Source of the DNA: Thermoleophilia bacterium
GTDB taxonomy: Bacteria; Actinomycetota; Thermoleophilia; Solirubrobacterales; 70-9
NCBI GenBank assembly: GCA_016650125.1
Contig: JAENWT010000007.1
Coordinates: 32,297-96,296 of the forward strand
Direction of reading: 5' to 3'
Length of the DNA stretch: 64,000 bases
The notes beneath the pieces were generated by a model, which was not told the DNA's origin, made no database searches, and was given only the letters and a program-made list of their open reading frames with translations. The translations under genes were made by a program, and so were the position numbers. Positions 51,456-60,905 of this stretch are shown one piece after another; position 1 is the first letter of the stretch, and each line of letters starts with the position of its first letter.

Positions 51456-52484
51456 TCAGTGTTCGCTGGGAGAGTCGCCAACCCGGAGGGCGTGGTGCGC
51501 CTTCTCTTCTTTCCGGGCCGATCGCTTCTTGAAGATCCGTGAGAAATCACGCAGCGGCTTTGTGACCCTCCAGCTCTTGCTGGCCTGAAGCTCCTGGAGC
51601 TCACGCTCCATCGACTCGTTGATCAGGTGGCCGGCACCGGCCAGAGTGCGGGCGGCCGATGCTTCCGCTTCAGCGCGGCGGGCCCGGTCCTCCCAGGTCG
51701 AATCCCCTCCGGGGCCCTCCGGGGTCGGCAGCATGTGCTCCCACTTCTTCGAGAAGGCGATGTGGGCATTGACCCATGTGTCGAGGTCGGAGATCAGCTC
51801 GATCGAGTGGTGGTGGATCACCTTGAGGTCGGCGGTGACGACCTTCTTGCCTTTGTCTCGGGCCTGATGGCTGATGTCGAAGTCGTATCCGTGGAGGGCG
51901 CCGCCAGTGATCTCGTCGAACCTCAGGTTCTGGATGGCCCAGGGCGAGAAACCGATGACGAAGCCATCGATCATGTCGACCTCGCCGAGCTTGGCATAGG
52001 AAGGGGTCTCGGTCGCCAGCCATGTGAGCGCCGGTATCTCGCCACCGCCCAGTTCTTCGTAGTGGTGGGTGAAGGAGGCCCAGGTGACCGCGCCTTCCCA
52101 CCAGGCGATGCTGCGTACGCCGACGGCGCCGGCACAACCGACCAGGACGGCTTCCGGATCCTTGAACTCATCGCGGATCTTCTCGAGGAAATCGGGATCA
52201 GTGATCTCGGCGTCCTGATGGATCAGCACCAGGAATTCGAGATCCTCCATCTTTGCCGCCTGATCGAGGATCAGGTTGTAGCTGCGGAAAAGGGTTCCGG
52301 AGCTGGCGAAACTCAGGATCTGAGTGTCGTCTTCCTTGGCTAGTTCGATCCCCGGCACGGCGTACTTCTCGTACTTTTCCGGCGAGGTGATGGCACTTCC
52401 TATGGCTACCACAGCTTGATGAAGATAGCCGAGAGCGGGTAGAAACGACTCATCGACGGCGGGCGACGATGACGTTGTGGGCAC
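51456..52484 (-). CDS. GT-A-fold glycosyltransferase-like protein with C-terminal coiled coil
   Basis: 342 aa (alternative GTG start at 52412). FLVLIHQDAEITDP, IDGFVIGFSPWA and HGYDFDISHQA blocks. The family assignment is from memory and is moderately confident only. Confidence 0.6.
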   Translation of the reverse strand: MPTTSSSPAVDESFLPALGYLHQAVVAIGSAITSPEKYEKYAVPGIELAKEDDTQILSFASSGTLFRSYNLILDQAAKMEDLEFLVLIHQDAEITDPDFLEKIRDEFKDPEAVLVGCAGAVGVRSIAWWEGAVTWASFTHHYEELGGGEIPALTWLATETPSYAKLGEVDMIDGFVIGFSPWAIQNLRFDEITGGALHGYDFDISHQARDKGKKVVTADLKVIHHHSIELISDLDTWVNAHIAFSKKWEHMLPTPEGPGGDSTWEDRARRAEAEASAARTLAGAGHLINESMERELQELQASKSWRVTKPLRDFSRIFKKRSARKEEKAHHALRVGDSPSEH

Positions 52485-53154
52485 AGAGACGGTTCAGCCC
52501 GGGAGCGTGTTCCACCACCCGTTCCAGTCTGGCACTCAGTCCGAGCAGCGAGGGCGGGGCGAAATCGGGCACGAAACCGAGCTGAGTCATGGAAACGACG
52601 ACGGCACCGCCATCGACCAGACCGGTGACGATCTCCGCCTCGGGGATCAGCCGCTCGGAACCATCGTCCTGTGGCACCCGGGCCATCAGGTTCTTCCAGT
52701 ACGGGTTGCGGGGATTGTGGTCCCAGACGAGCACCAGGCCTCCGGGCTTCGCGACCCGGACCATTTCGATCAGCGACTCGTGGACCGCTTCCGGCGTCGC
52801 GATGTGGTGCATCACGGCGACGCACATAGTCAGGTCGAACTTGCCGTCCTCGAAAGGCAGTGCGGTGGCCGACCCCTGGACCGCCTCGATCCGGGGGTCG
52901 GTGGCCCTGAGGTGCTCGAGCATCCCGCCCGAGGGGTCGACCCCGGTCACGGTGTAACCCTGATCGGCAAGACGCGAGGCGACCACCCCGGTGCCGCAAC
53001 CGACGTCCAGCACCGACCCCTCCGGCATCAGCTCTTTGACAAAGGCGATGCGCTTGGCGAGGTAGTGCTCGACGACATGCGGCGGCAGAGACTCGTCGTA
53101 CTGATCGGCGATCTCGTCGAAGTGGGTCTGGACGTCGTTCTCGGTCTGGGTCAT
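52450..53154 (-). CDS. class I SAM-dependent methyltransferase (Methyltransf_11 type)
   Basis: 234 aa. VLDVGCGTGVVASRLADQGYTVTGVDPS, FDLTMCVAVMHHI and PGGLVLV blocks. Confidence 0.8.
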   Translation of the reverse strand: MTQTENDVQTHFDEIADQYDESLPPHVVEHYLAKRIAFVKELMPEGSVLDVGCGTGVVASRLADQGYTVTGVDPSGGMLEHLRATDPRIEAVQGSATALPFEDGKFDLTMCVAVMHHIATPEAVHESLIEMVRVAKPGGLVLVWDHNPRNPYWKNLMARVPQDDGSERLIPEAEIVTGLVDGGAVVVSMTQLGFVPDFAPPSLLGLSARLERVVEHAPGLNRLCAHNVIVARRR

Positions 53155-53175
53155 TGGGCTTGTCTGACGGTGGGC

Positions 53176-54747
53176 TCAGCCGTCGGCAGGATCGATAACC
53201 GTAACCGTAATCGGGTAGATGCCGTCAAAGGTCTTCTGCGAGACGACTCGCGTGCCCGGAGGCAGGGGGTAGCTGAGGCCGAATGTGAGGACACCGTCTT
53301 CGACCAGCGACTCGTGACCGGTCAGCGTCACCAGGAACACCCGGTTTGATGTCCCCAACGCCAGGTCGAGCTCTGCCGCTGTGTCGGGCACCGGGGAGGT
53401 CGGCAAAAACGGCGGCCCCCCTTCCGGCAGTCCCGGCCGGTACTCCGGTCCGTCGAAGTCGAGGTAGGCATCGAGCGGAGTGAGTGGCACCGGCGTGATG
53501 TGGCTGGTGTCGACCACGGCGTCCCCGGGCTCGATCCGCGAATCGATGAATTCGGCGGCCTCGCTGTAGCGGAACTCAGTGCGACCAATGTCAGCCAGGT
53601 GGATCGACCCGGCCAGCAGACCGGCCGAGACGACCAGCAGGCTGACGATTCCCCAGACCGGACCGGCAGCCGCGATCAGGGCGCCGATCAGAAGCGGGAT
53701 GCCGGACCAGGAGGCGCCGAGGTTCCGGCCGCCGAAGATGTCAGTACTGAAGGTGCCGAGGATCAGGGCGCCGATCGGAGTCGCGAGGGTCAGGCCGATC
53801 ACGAGGACGAGGTTGCGGTCGATCCTCTTCAGCCAGGCGCCGAGACCGGTCGATCGCGCCGCCTTGATCACCACGACGGCAAGGGCGACCAGCACCCCGG
53901 CAACGATCAGAGCGGCGTCCCAGCGGCCGTCGAGACTCCACTTGTCGGGGCCGATCTCCCAGAAGAGCAGTTGCTCGACCGCGGTTCGCTTGGCGTCGAA
54001 CCCGTATCCCTGGAGCGCTTCGAGGATCGCGGCCGTCGGTGAATCCGAGTCAGAGAAGAAGCTCGGCAGCCAGGGCAGGAAGAAGATCGCGGCCGCGGCA
54101 TTTGAAACCAGGGCCGGAATTCGCGCGGCCGGGAAGCACCAGAGCAGCCAGACCAGCTGGAAGGCGAGCACGAAGGCCGCGGTGTAGTGCGAGTACATCG
54201 CCAGACAGGTGGCAAGGGCGTAGACGGCCCACCACCGCTTGCGTCCCCCCTCGGCGGCGATCAGCATCGCCAGGGTCGAAATCAGGATGAAGAAGAGCAT
54301 CACCGAGTAGGCGCGACCGTTCGCTGAGAAGTAGATGAGGATCGGGCTGATCGCTGCGATCACGGTGGCGACGACCCCGGCCCGGCGCCCGAACAGCCTC
54401 AGGCCGAGCAGGTAATAGACCGGCAGTGAAGCCAGCCCGGCCAGCAGCGACGGCAGGCGGACCAGCTCCGGTGCGGAACCCAGCTTGCTGGACAGCCAGG
54501 CCAGGATGAAGAAGAGCGGCGGGGAGATCTCGCCGTCCCCGGAGACGAAGTCGATGGTCCCGCCGAGCCCGTGGGTTTTGACGATCCAGAGGGTCGAGAG
54601 CTCGTCGCCGACGAGGGACTGACCATAGGTCGATATCCGCAGCCAGACACCGGCCAGGATCGCCACTCCGAGCCCGGCCCACATGAACCACGCGGGCGGC
54701 ACTTTGCCTCGCCCGGCCACGGGCTGATCTGGGACTCGGTCTTCCAC
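53176..54747 (-). CDS. GT39/ArnT-like (GT-C) glycosyltransferase, paralog of 45437..47080
   Basis: About 523 aa from the GTG at 54747 (alternative ATG at 54684). LVGDELSTLWIV and ISPPLFFILAW motifs, collinear with the paralog. Confidence 0.7.
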   Translation of the reverse strand: MEDRVPDQPVAGRGKVPPAWFMWAGLGVAILAGVWLRISTYGQSLVGDELSTLWIVKTHGLGGTIDFVSGDGEISPPLFFILAWLSSKLGSAPELVRLPSLLAGLASLPVYYLLGLRLFGRRAGVVATVIAAISPILIYFSANGRAYSVMLFFILISTLAMLIAAEGGRKRWWAVYALATCLAMYSHYTAAFVLAFQLVWLLWCFPAARIPALVSNAAAAIFFLPWLPSFFSDSDSPTAAILEALQGYGFDAKRTAVEQLLFWEIGPDKWSLDGRWDAALIVAGVLVALAVVVIKAARSTGLGAWLKRIDRNLVLVIGLTLATPIGALILGTFSTDIFGGRNLGASWSGIPLLIGALIAAAGPVWGIVSLLVVSAGLLAGSIHLADIGRTEFRYSEAAEFIDSRIEPGDAVVDTSHITPVPLTPLDAYLDFDGPEYRPGLPEGGPPFLPTSPVPDTAAELDLALGTSNRVFLVTLTGHESLVEDGVLTFGLSYPLPPGTRVVSQKTFDGIYPITVTVIDPADG

Positions 54748-54766
54748 CTGCCTAACCCTGTCAAGA

Positions 54767-55591
54767 TTGGCGCGAAATGGGAGCCTTGACCAGCCGAGAA
54801 AACTTCTGCCCGCAGCCGGGCGCGACCGCTTGAAAATCACCGGCGAGCGAGTCGTCACCCCCGAGGGCGGGTTCAACCCGACCTGGCAGCGCCACGTCGC
54901 CGCCTACGCCCTGGCCGAACCGGAGTTCGGACCCGAGCGGGTACTCGACCTGGGCTGCGGCGTCGGCCACAGCTACCACCTGCTCGAACCGCGCGAGACG
55001 ATCGGCGTCGACATCGACCCCGGAGTCCTGGAGGGCCAGGAGCGTCCGACCGAGGTCGCCGACATGCGGGATCTGCCCTTCACCGACGGGGAGTTCGATT
55101 CGGTGCTTTCCGTCCATTCGCTCGAGCACGTCCCAAATCCCGAGGTGGCGCTGACTGAGGTGGCCCGGGTCCTCGACCCCACCGGCACCGCGGTCTTCAT
55201 CACCCCGAACCGGCTCACCTTCGGCCGGCCCGACGAAATCATCGACCCCTTCCATTTCATCGAGTTCGACCCCGAGGAACTGCGAAAGCTCTGCGAGGTC
55301 AGCTTCGACCGGGTCGAGATCAAGGGGATCTTCGGATCCCCCGCCTACATGGAGATCTTCGACGAAGAGCGCGAGACGCTCGACCGGATGCTGCGGTTCG
55401 ACCCGCTCCGGTTCCGGCGCATGGTCCCGATGAAGATGAAGCAGCGTCTCTACGACTCGCTTCTCGGACGCTTCCGCAAGGACGTGGACCCGCGGGCCGA
55501 GAAGATCACCGCCGCCGACTTCCACATCGGCACCGAAAACGTCGCCGCATCGCTCGACGTCGTAGCGATCTGCGGGGGGCCCCGGCGTTGA
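54767..55591 (+). CDS. class I SAM-dependent methyltransferase
   Basis: 274 aa with a TTG start (alternative TTG at 54830 giving LKITGERVV). VLDLGCGVGHSYHLL, FDSVLSVHSLEHV and GTAVFITPN blocks. Confidence 0.75.
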   Translation: MARNGSLDQPRKLLPAAGRDRLKITGERVVTPEGGFNPTWQRHVAAYALAEPEFGPERVLDLGCGVGHSYHLLEPRETIGVDIDPGVLEGQERPTEVADMRDLPFTDGEFDSVLSVHSLEHVPNPEVALTEVARVLDPTGTAVFITPNRLTFGRPDEIIDPFHFIEFDPEELRKLCEVSFDRVEIKGIFGSPAYMEIFDEERETLDRMLRFDPLRFRRMVPMKMKQRLYDSLLGRFRKDVDPRAEKITAADFHIGTENVAASLDVVAICGGPRR

Positions 55592-56505
55592 CCACCGTTC
55601 CCGACTGGACGGGCGAAGCCGCGGCGGTCTGCGTCTGGTGCGGCTCACCCTTCGGCGCCGGCTCTGAGCGAATCCTCGGAAGGGCCGTCTGCGGGCGCTG
55701 CGGCACCGCGACCACCGACCCGGTGCCCGACCAGACTTCGCTGAACGCTGCTTACGGCGACTGGTACTGGCCGCAGGCCGGCCAGCGCTTCAGCCTGATC
55801 GGCGATGCCCTGCTCCGCCGTTCGCGTGCTTCGATGGCCGCACGGATCGACGAAGTCGCTCCACCGGGAGCGATCCTCGACGTCGGCGCCGGCGAGGGCA
55901 CCCTGATCGACGCGCTGAAGGAACACGGACGGAAGGCTTCTGGACTCGAGCGCGAATCCGACCACCCCGAGATCAAGAACCAGGCGATCAACGAAGTCGA
56001 GGGCAACTTCGCCGGGGTAGTCTTCTGGCATTCCCTGGAGCACCTCGGCAATCCGCGCGAGGCCGTGGTCGATGCCTCGAGGCTGCTGATCCCCGGCGGC
56101 GTCCTGGTGATCGCCGTGCCGAACAACGCCAGCATGCAGGCCCGTGCCTTCGGCGACGACTGGCTCCACCTCGACCTGCCCCGCCATCTCGTCCACTTCA
56201 CCGCCAACTCACTCACTTCGGGGCTCGAAGAGAGCGGTTTCAAGGTCGGCCGGACCTCCGGTTCCCGGGCCGGACAGGTCGCGATCGGCTGGCTCGACGG
56301 ACTGGTCGGGCGCCTGCCGGGCGACCTCGACCTTTACCAGTCCCTCCGCCGGAAGTCGGCGCGAAGGATCAAAATCACGCCGGCCAAGCGCGCTGCAGCG
56401 ATTGCTGCCGGCGTGATTCTCTTCCCGGTGGCGCTAGCCTGCGCCGCGGTCGAACTCGCCTCGCGGCGTTCCGGCTCCGTATACGTAGAGGCCCACCGTG
56501 TCTGA
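55588..56505 (+). CDS. class I SAM-dependent methyltransferase with N-terminal zinc ribbon
   Basis: 305 aa. CVWCGSPF...CGRCGT, then ILDVGAGEGTLIDAL and GVVFWHSLEHL. The TTG start overlaps the upstream stop (TTGA). Confidence 0.75.
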   Translation: MTTVPDWTGEAAAVCVWCGSPFGAGSERILGRAVCGRCGTATTDPVPDQTSLNAAYGDWYWPQAGQRFSLIGDALLRRSRASMAARIDEVAPPGAILDVGAGEGTLIDALKEHGRKASGLERESDHPEIKNQAINEVEGNFAGVVFWHSLEHLGNPREAVVDASRLLIPGGVLVIAVPNNASMQARAFGDDWLHLDLPRHLVHFTANSLTSGLEESGFKVGRTSGSRAGQVAIGWLDGLVGRLPGDLDLYQSLRRKSARRIKITPAKRAAAIAAGVILFPVALACAAVELASRRSGSVYVEAHRV

Positions 56506-57253
56506 ACGCACTTCAAAAAAAGTAATCGTCGTCATGCCGGCCAGGCAGGCCGCGGCGACCCTCGAGCGGACCTTCGCCGAGATTCCCCAGGATGAAGTCG
56601 ACGAGATCATCCTGGTCGACGACTCCTCGACCGACGAAACGGTCGAGCTGGCAAACGAGCTGCCACTGACCGTCATCTGGCACCCGCACCAAGTGGGCTA
56701 CGGCGGCAACCAGAAGACCTGTTACCTCGAAGCTCTGCGCCGCGGGGCCGATGTCGTCGTGATGCTCCATCCCGACGGCCAGTACGAGCCGAGCCTGATC
56801 CCGAGCATGGTCGACCCGATCGTCAACGGCGAGGCCGACCTCGTCCTCGGCTCACGGCTGGCAGTGCCCGGCTGGGCGATCAACGCCGGCATGCCCCGCT
56901 GGAAGTTCGTCGCCAACCGCTTCCTCACGATCATCGAAAACCGCATCATGGGGACGAGCCTGACCGAGGCCCACACCGGCTACCGGGCGTACTCGCGCGA
57001 GCTGCTGCTGGAAGTTCCTTTCCTCAGGAACTCGCTCGACTTCGTCTTCGACTCCGAGCTCCTGATGCAGGCCTCGCACATGGGCTTCCGCATCGGTGAG
57101 GTTCCGGCCCGCTGCCGCTACTTCGACGACATGTCTTCAGTCGGCTTCGAGACCGGCGTGGTCTACGGACTGAAGACGCTCTGGGCCGGGTTCCGCCTGA
57201 TCCTGCATCGCAACGGGATCCTCAAGTCCCGCAAGTACGCCAAGAAGATTTAG
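56498..57253 (+). CDS. GT2 polyprenyl-phosphate sugar synthase-like glycosyltransferase
   Basis: 251 aa with a GTG start overlapping the upstream gene by 8 nt. VIVVMPARQAAATL, ILVDDSSTDET and HPDGQY blocks. Confidence 0.8.
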   Translation: MSERTSKKVIVVMPARQAAATLERTFAEIPQDEVDEIILVDDSSTDETVELANELPLTVIWHPHQVGYGGNQKTCYLEALRRGADVVVMLHPDGQYEPSLIPSMVDPIVNGEADLVLGSRLAVPGWAINAGMPRWKFVANRFLTIIENRIMGTSLTEAHTGYRAYSRELLLEVPFLRNSLDFVFDSELLMQASHMGFRIGEVPARCRYFDDMSSVGFETGVVYGLKTLWAGFRLILHRNGILKSRKYAKKI

Positions 57254-59589
57254 CGGGCCACAAGCTCAACTACGACCAGGCCATCGGCACCCTTGGCGAT
57301 CGGCTTGAGGTCGTACTTATCGAGGATCCAGGCGATGGCCTGGGTCTGGATGGTCACCAGGCCGACCTCGTTCGCGACCAAATAGGGGTCGAGGCCCGGG
57401 TCCTGCTGGAACCGGTACGCCGCGGCGAGTGCCTTGTCGTCCATCAGGATGCGGTCCCCGGGCTCGAGCGAATCGACCGCGTCCTGGACCACCGGCAGGT
57501 GCGGGCCCGGGACCCAGCTCATCTCCTTGGCGTCGGTGATGCCGAGTGCATTCGCTCGATCGGAGCGGACCAGGATGTCGACGTCGAGGTCGGGCGCGGT
57601 CAGCACCGCGGTCTCGTCTTCGCCCGGCATGTACTTCTCGATCAACCGCTGGCCTTCGTCCGACCCAGGCACGACCGGCGGCATGTTCCAGATCCTCGTG
57701 AAGCCACCACGCAGCGACTTGCCGCCGGGCGGCACCGCGGCCAGGACCGAATCCTCGAAGCGGTTACCGGCCGCCGGCCAGACGTTCGCGACCATGACCG
57801 CCGAGGCCAGCAGGGCGAGTCCGAGCGCCCAGCGCTTCTGAACCTTTCCGATCAAGGCGCCGTCCTCGCGCGGGTCGAGGATCAGCGACAGCCAGATCGT
57901 CACCGCGAGCAGGGCGGGCAGACAGACATAGGGCAGGATGTGATCGAGCGAACGGTTGTCGAAGTAACTGAAGAGCACGATCCCGTAGGCCGTGATGCCG
58001 GCCAGCGCGGTGAAGGCCGTCCGCCTGCCTTCGAAGTACGAACGGTTGAGGACGAGGGTGGCAACGAGCGTCGCCGCTGAGGCGATGTAGATCCCGGCCA
58101 CCGCGATCGCCGGGGACCACGGCAGGAAGTCGTAGGTCAGGTCACCGATGTCGCCGGCGAGGAAGTCGCGCAGGTAGGTGAAGTAGAGGCCCCAGTCCGG
58201 AAGCGAGCCGGAGGCCAGCAGGGTCAGCAGCGCAAAGACGATCTGAACGATCACGATCGCGACGAAAGCCTTGACTGCCTCGGCCACAAGTCCCCGGATC
58301 CGCGCTCCGGCCGGTATCCAGACGACCGAGATCGCGGTCAGGCCGACCCAGGTGAAGAGCACGTAGAGGAAGGCTTCGAGCGCCCAGATCGAGGAGATCC
58401 CGACCACGGCAAGCACGAGCAGATTCATCGCCTTTGAGCTGCGGGGCCAGCGGAGTGCGGCGACCGAGAAGACGATCAGTGGAATCGGCAGGCCAAAGCG
58501 GATCGCACCGTGCTGGAGCAGTCCACCTTCCGGGTAGTGGAGCCCCCAGATCAGTGCGGTGACTCCGACTGCCAGCGCGCCGGCGGCCAACAGGCGGTTG
58601 ACCGCGGACATCCGGAGGACTCCATAGCCGGCAGCGAAAACCCCGGCCGAGAGCACCGCGTCGAGGATGCCGAGGGTGCCGTGACCGATCGGGGCAATCT
58701 GGAACCAGGCCGCGATCAGGTAGATCGAACCGATGCCGTACTGCGAGACGGTGTCGACCAGAAGCGCCGATCCGGCGTTCACCTGGCTGGCCGCACCGAG
58801 GAACAGGTTCTGGTGGAACTGCATGGTCTCGGTGTCGAAGGCGGCGACGGGATTCGTGGCCGCCTCTTCCGGCCGCAGGATCACAAGGTCGGGGACGGCA
58901 AGCAGGATCAGGAGCACCACTCCGATGTCGATGCCGATGCCCCAGCGGCCAAGCGCCGGCAGCCGGAGGCGGCCCCACCCGTAGAGGACCGCGCCGCCGA
59001 TCAGGAGCCCGGCGATCAGGGCCGGACGGTCGAGGTCGGAGATCCCGACGAAGGCCCCGACCGCGCACACCACCGCGACCCCGGTCGCAATCCAGATGGA
59101 AGCGGCCCGCTCCGCCAGCCACTCAAGCAACCCCGCGGGCTTGCCCTTGGCGGCCCCGAGCAGCAGTAGCGCCGCGAAAACCGACCAGGCCAATCCGAAG
59201 ATGAAGGTCGAGGGGCGGTTGCCGACCGAGGAGACCTCCGGGACGATCCGGGCCAGCACTGTGGCCAGCCCGAGGGCGAGGGCGAGTATGCCGGCCAGCC
59301 CGGAGAAAGCTGCGTCCCCGACGGCGTCCGTGATCCGGCGCCTCAGTTCGAGCGCAGCCCAGAGTGCCGCCGGCAACAGGACGAAGAAAGAAACGAAGTA
59401 GAGGAAGGTCTCGCTGTTCTGGTTGTGGCTCGGGAACGGCTGAGGCAACGGGACCGGAGCGATCGCCTTGAGGGCCAGTGGAAGCAGGACCATGAATGCG
59501 CCACCGACGAGGGCAACCGCGAGCACCACGGTCGGTCCCAGACTGCGGGAGGCCCTCATCTGGCCGGTGGGAGAGCCTGGTTCAGCCAC
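57250..59589 (-). CDS. very large polytopic membrane protein of unknown family (possible GT-C or polymerase)
   Basis: 779 aa. About 16 or more hydrophobic helices, then a ~200-aa C-terminal soluble domain. Lacks the GDE motif of the other four membrane GTs. Confidence 0.6.
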   Translation of the reverse strand: MAEPGSPTGQMRASRSLGPTVVLAVALVGGAFMVLLPLALKAIAPVPLPQPFPSHNQNSETFLYFVSFFVLLPAALWAALELRRRITDAVGDAAFSGLAGILALALGLATVLARIVPEVSSVGNRPSTFIFGLAWSVFAALLLLGAAKGKPAGLLEWLAERAASIWIATGVAVVCAVGAFVGISDLDRPALIAGLLIGGAVLYGWGRLRLPALGRWGIGIDIGVVLLILLAVPDLVILRPEEAATNPVAAFDTETMQFHQNLFLGAASQVNAGSALLVDTVSQYGIGSIYLIAAWFQIAPIGHGTLGILDAVLSAGVFAAGYGVLRMSAVNRLLAAGALAVGVTALIWGLHYPEGGLLQHGAIRFGLPIPLIVFSVAALRWPRSSKAMNLLVLAVVGISSIWALEAFLYVLFTWVGLTAISVVWIPAGARIRGLVAEAVKAFVAIVIVQIVFALLTLLASGSLPDWGLYFTYLRDFLAGDIGDLTYDFLPWSPAIAVAGIYIASAATLVATLVLNRSYFEGRRTAFTALAGITAYGIVLFSYFDNRSLDHILPYVCLPALLAVTIWLSLILDPREDGALIGKVQKRWALGLALLASAVMVANVWPAAGNRFEDSVLAAVPPGGKSLRGGFTRIWNMPPVVPGSDEGQRLIEKYMPGEDETAVLTAPDLDVDILVRSDRANALGITDAKEMSWVPGPHLPVVQDAVDSLEPGDRILMDDKALAAAYRFQQDPGLDPYLVANEVGLVTIQTQAIAWILDKYDLKPIAKGADGLVVVELVAR

Positions 59590-59702
59590 GCCGCGATGGT
59601 ACCGGAGCCCAGTTCAGGACTAGACTGAAACGCTTGGAAGCCGGTCAAGGGGGTGCCCCGGAGAACGAGCTGCAGGAGGAGATCGAGCAGGAGGCGAGGG
59701 AG

Positions 59703-60905
59703 GTGCTGCCGCCTCCGCCCGGCCACCCGAGATTCCCGCTGCTCGATTCCCTGCGGGCCTTCGCGGCGATCTCCGTCCTGCTGGTCCACGTCGGCATCTT
59801 CACCGGCGGATTCGAGCCCTGGTACAAGCAGCTCTTCGCCCAGCTCGACATCGGCGTCCCGTTCTTCTTTCTGCTCTCCGGGTTCCTGCTCTACCGGCCG
59901 ATGCTGGCCGCCAGGGTCATCGGGCTGCCGACGCAGAAACGCACCGCCTACGTACGCAACAGGTTCGTGCGCATTCTCCCCGCCTACTGGGTAGTGCTCA
60001 CCGTGGCGGCGGTCGTGCCCGGTTTCTATGGCGCCTTCACGGGCAACTGGTGGGTTTACTACGGACTGCTCCAGAGCTTCCCGGTCTACACGCCGGAAGG
60101 TGTCTGCGCAGTCAATCCGTTCGACTGCGGCTTCCCGCCGGCCTGGAGCCTCAGTGTCGAGATCCTCTTCTACATCTCCCTGCCTTTCTTCGCCGCCGGC
60201 ATGGCCAAACTGTCCTCGATCTTCGGCAAGCGACACTGGGTCCCGGTCGAGCTCTCGGTGCTGGCGGTGCTCTCGGCCGTATCGCTTTATGTCCAGAGTT
60301 CGCTGCCCTTCAGCGACCTCCACCGCTGGCTGTTCTTCTCGCCAATCGGGCGCGGCTGGTGGTTCGCGCTCGGCATGGGACTGGCCGTGGCTTCGGTCTG
60401 GGCCCAGCAACAACCGGGTGAACCGAAAGCAACGCGCTGGATCGCCGCCCACTCCGGTCTCTGGTGGCTGATCGGCGGGGCTCTTTACGTCTTCACGGCC
60501 ATCGTGGTCCTCGACCCCGGCCCTTCGCTGGCGGCGCCCGTGATCAAACAGTCGAAGTACCTGACCGCGGTAATCATCTTCGGCATCATCCCCCTGCTGA
60601 TACTGCTGCCGGCGATCTTCGGTTCCGAGGAGGGCGGCATCGTGCGGCGGACCCTCAGGCACCCGGTCCTTGTCTGGCTCGGCCTGATCTCGTACGGCAT
60701 CTTCCTCTGGCACTTCCCGGTGCTCGGGGTCCTCAGCGACCTGGGTGCGAACGACTGGGTGCCGTGGCTGCAGTTCCCGGTGGTCGCCGTACTGACCTTC
60801 CTCGGGACGGTCGTCTGCGCAGCGGCAAGCTTCTACCTGATCGAGCGGCCGATGATGCGATGGGCCCGGCGGCGCACCCAGAGCGTGCCCACCTCTGAGG
60901 CCTAG
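59703..60905 (+). CDS. acyltransferase family 3 (membrane O-acyltransferase)
   Basis: About 400 aa from the GTG at 59703, preceded by AGGAGG. The longer track ORF is antisense to 57250..59589. RFPLLDSLRAFAAISVLLVH and ISYGIFLWH motifs. Confidence 0.75.
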   Translation: MLPPPPGHPRFPLLDSLRAFAAISVLLVHVGIFTGGFEPWYKQLFAQLDIGVPFFFLLSGFLLYRPMLAARVIGLPTQKRTAYVRNRFVRILPAYWVVLTVAAVVPGFYGAFTGNWWVYYGLLQSFPVYTPEGVCAVNPFDCGFPPAWSLSVEILFYISLPFFAAGMAKLSSIFGKRHWVPVELSVLAVLSAVSLYVQSSLPFSDLHRWLFFSPIGRGWWFALGMGLAVASVWAQQQPGEPKATRWIAAHSGLWWLIGGALYVFTAIVVLDPGPSLAAPVIKQSKYLTAVIIFGIIPLLILLPAIFGSEEGGIVRRTLRHPVLVWLGLISYGIFLWHFPVLGVLSDLGANDWVPWLQFPVVAVLTFLGTVVCAAASFYLIERPMMRWARRRTQSVPTSEA

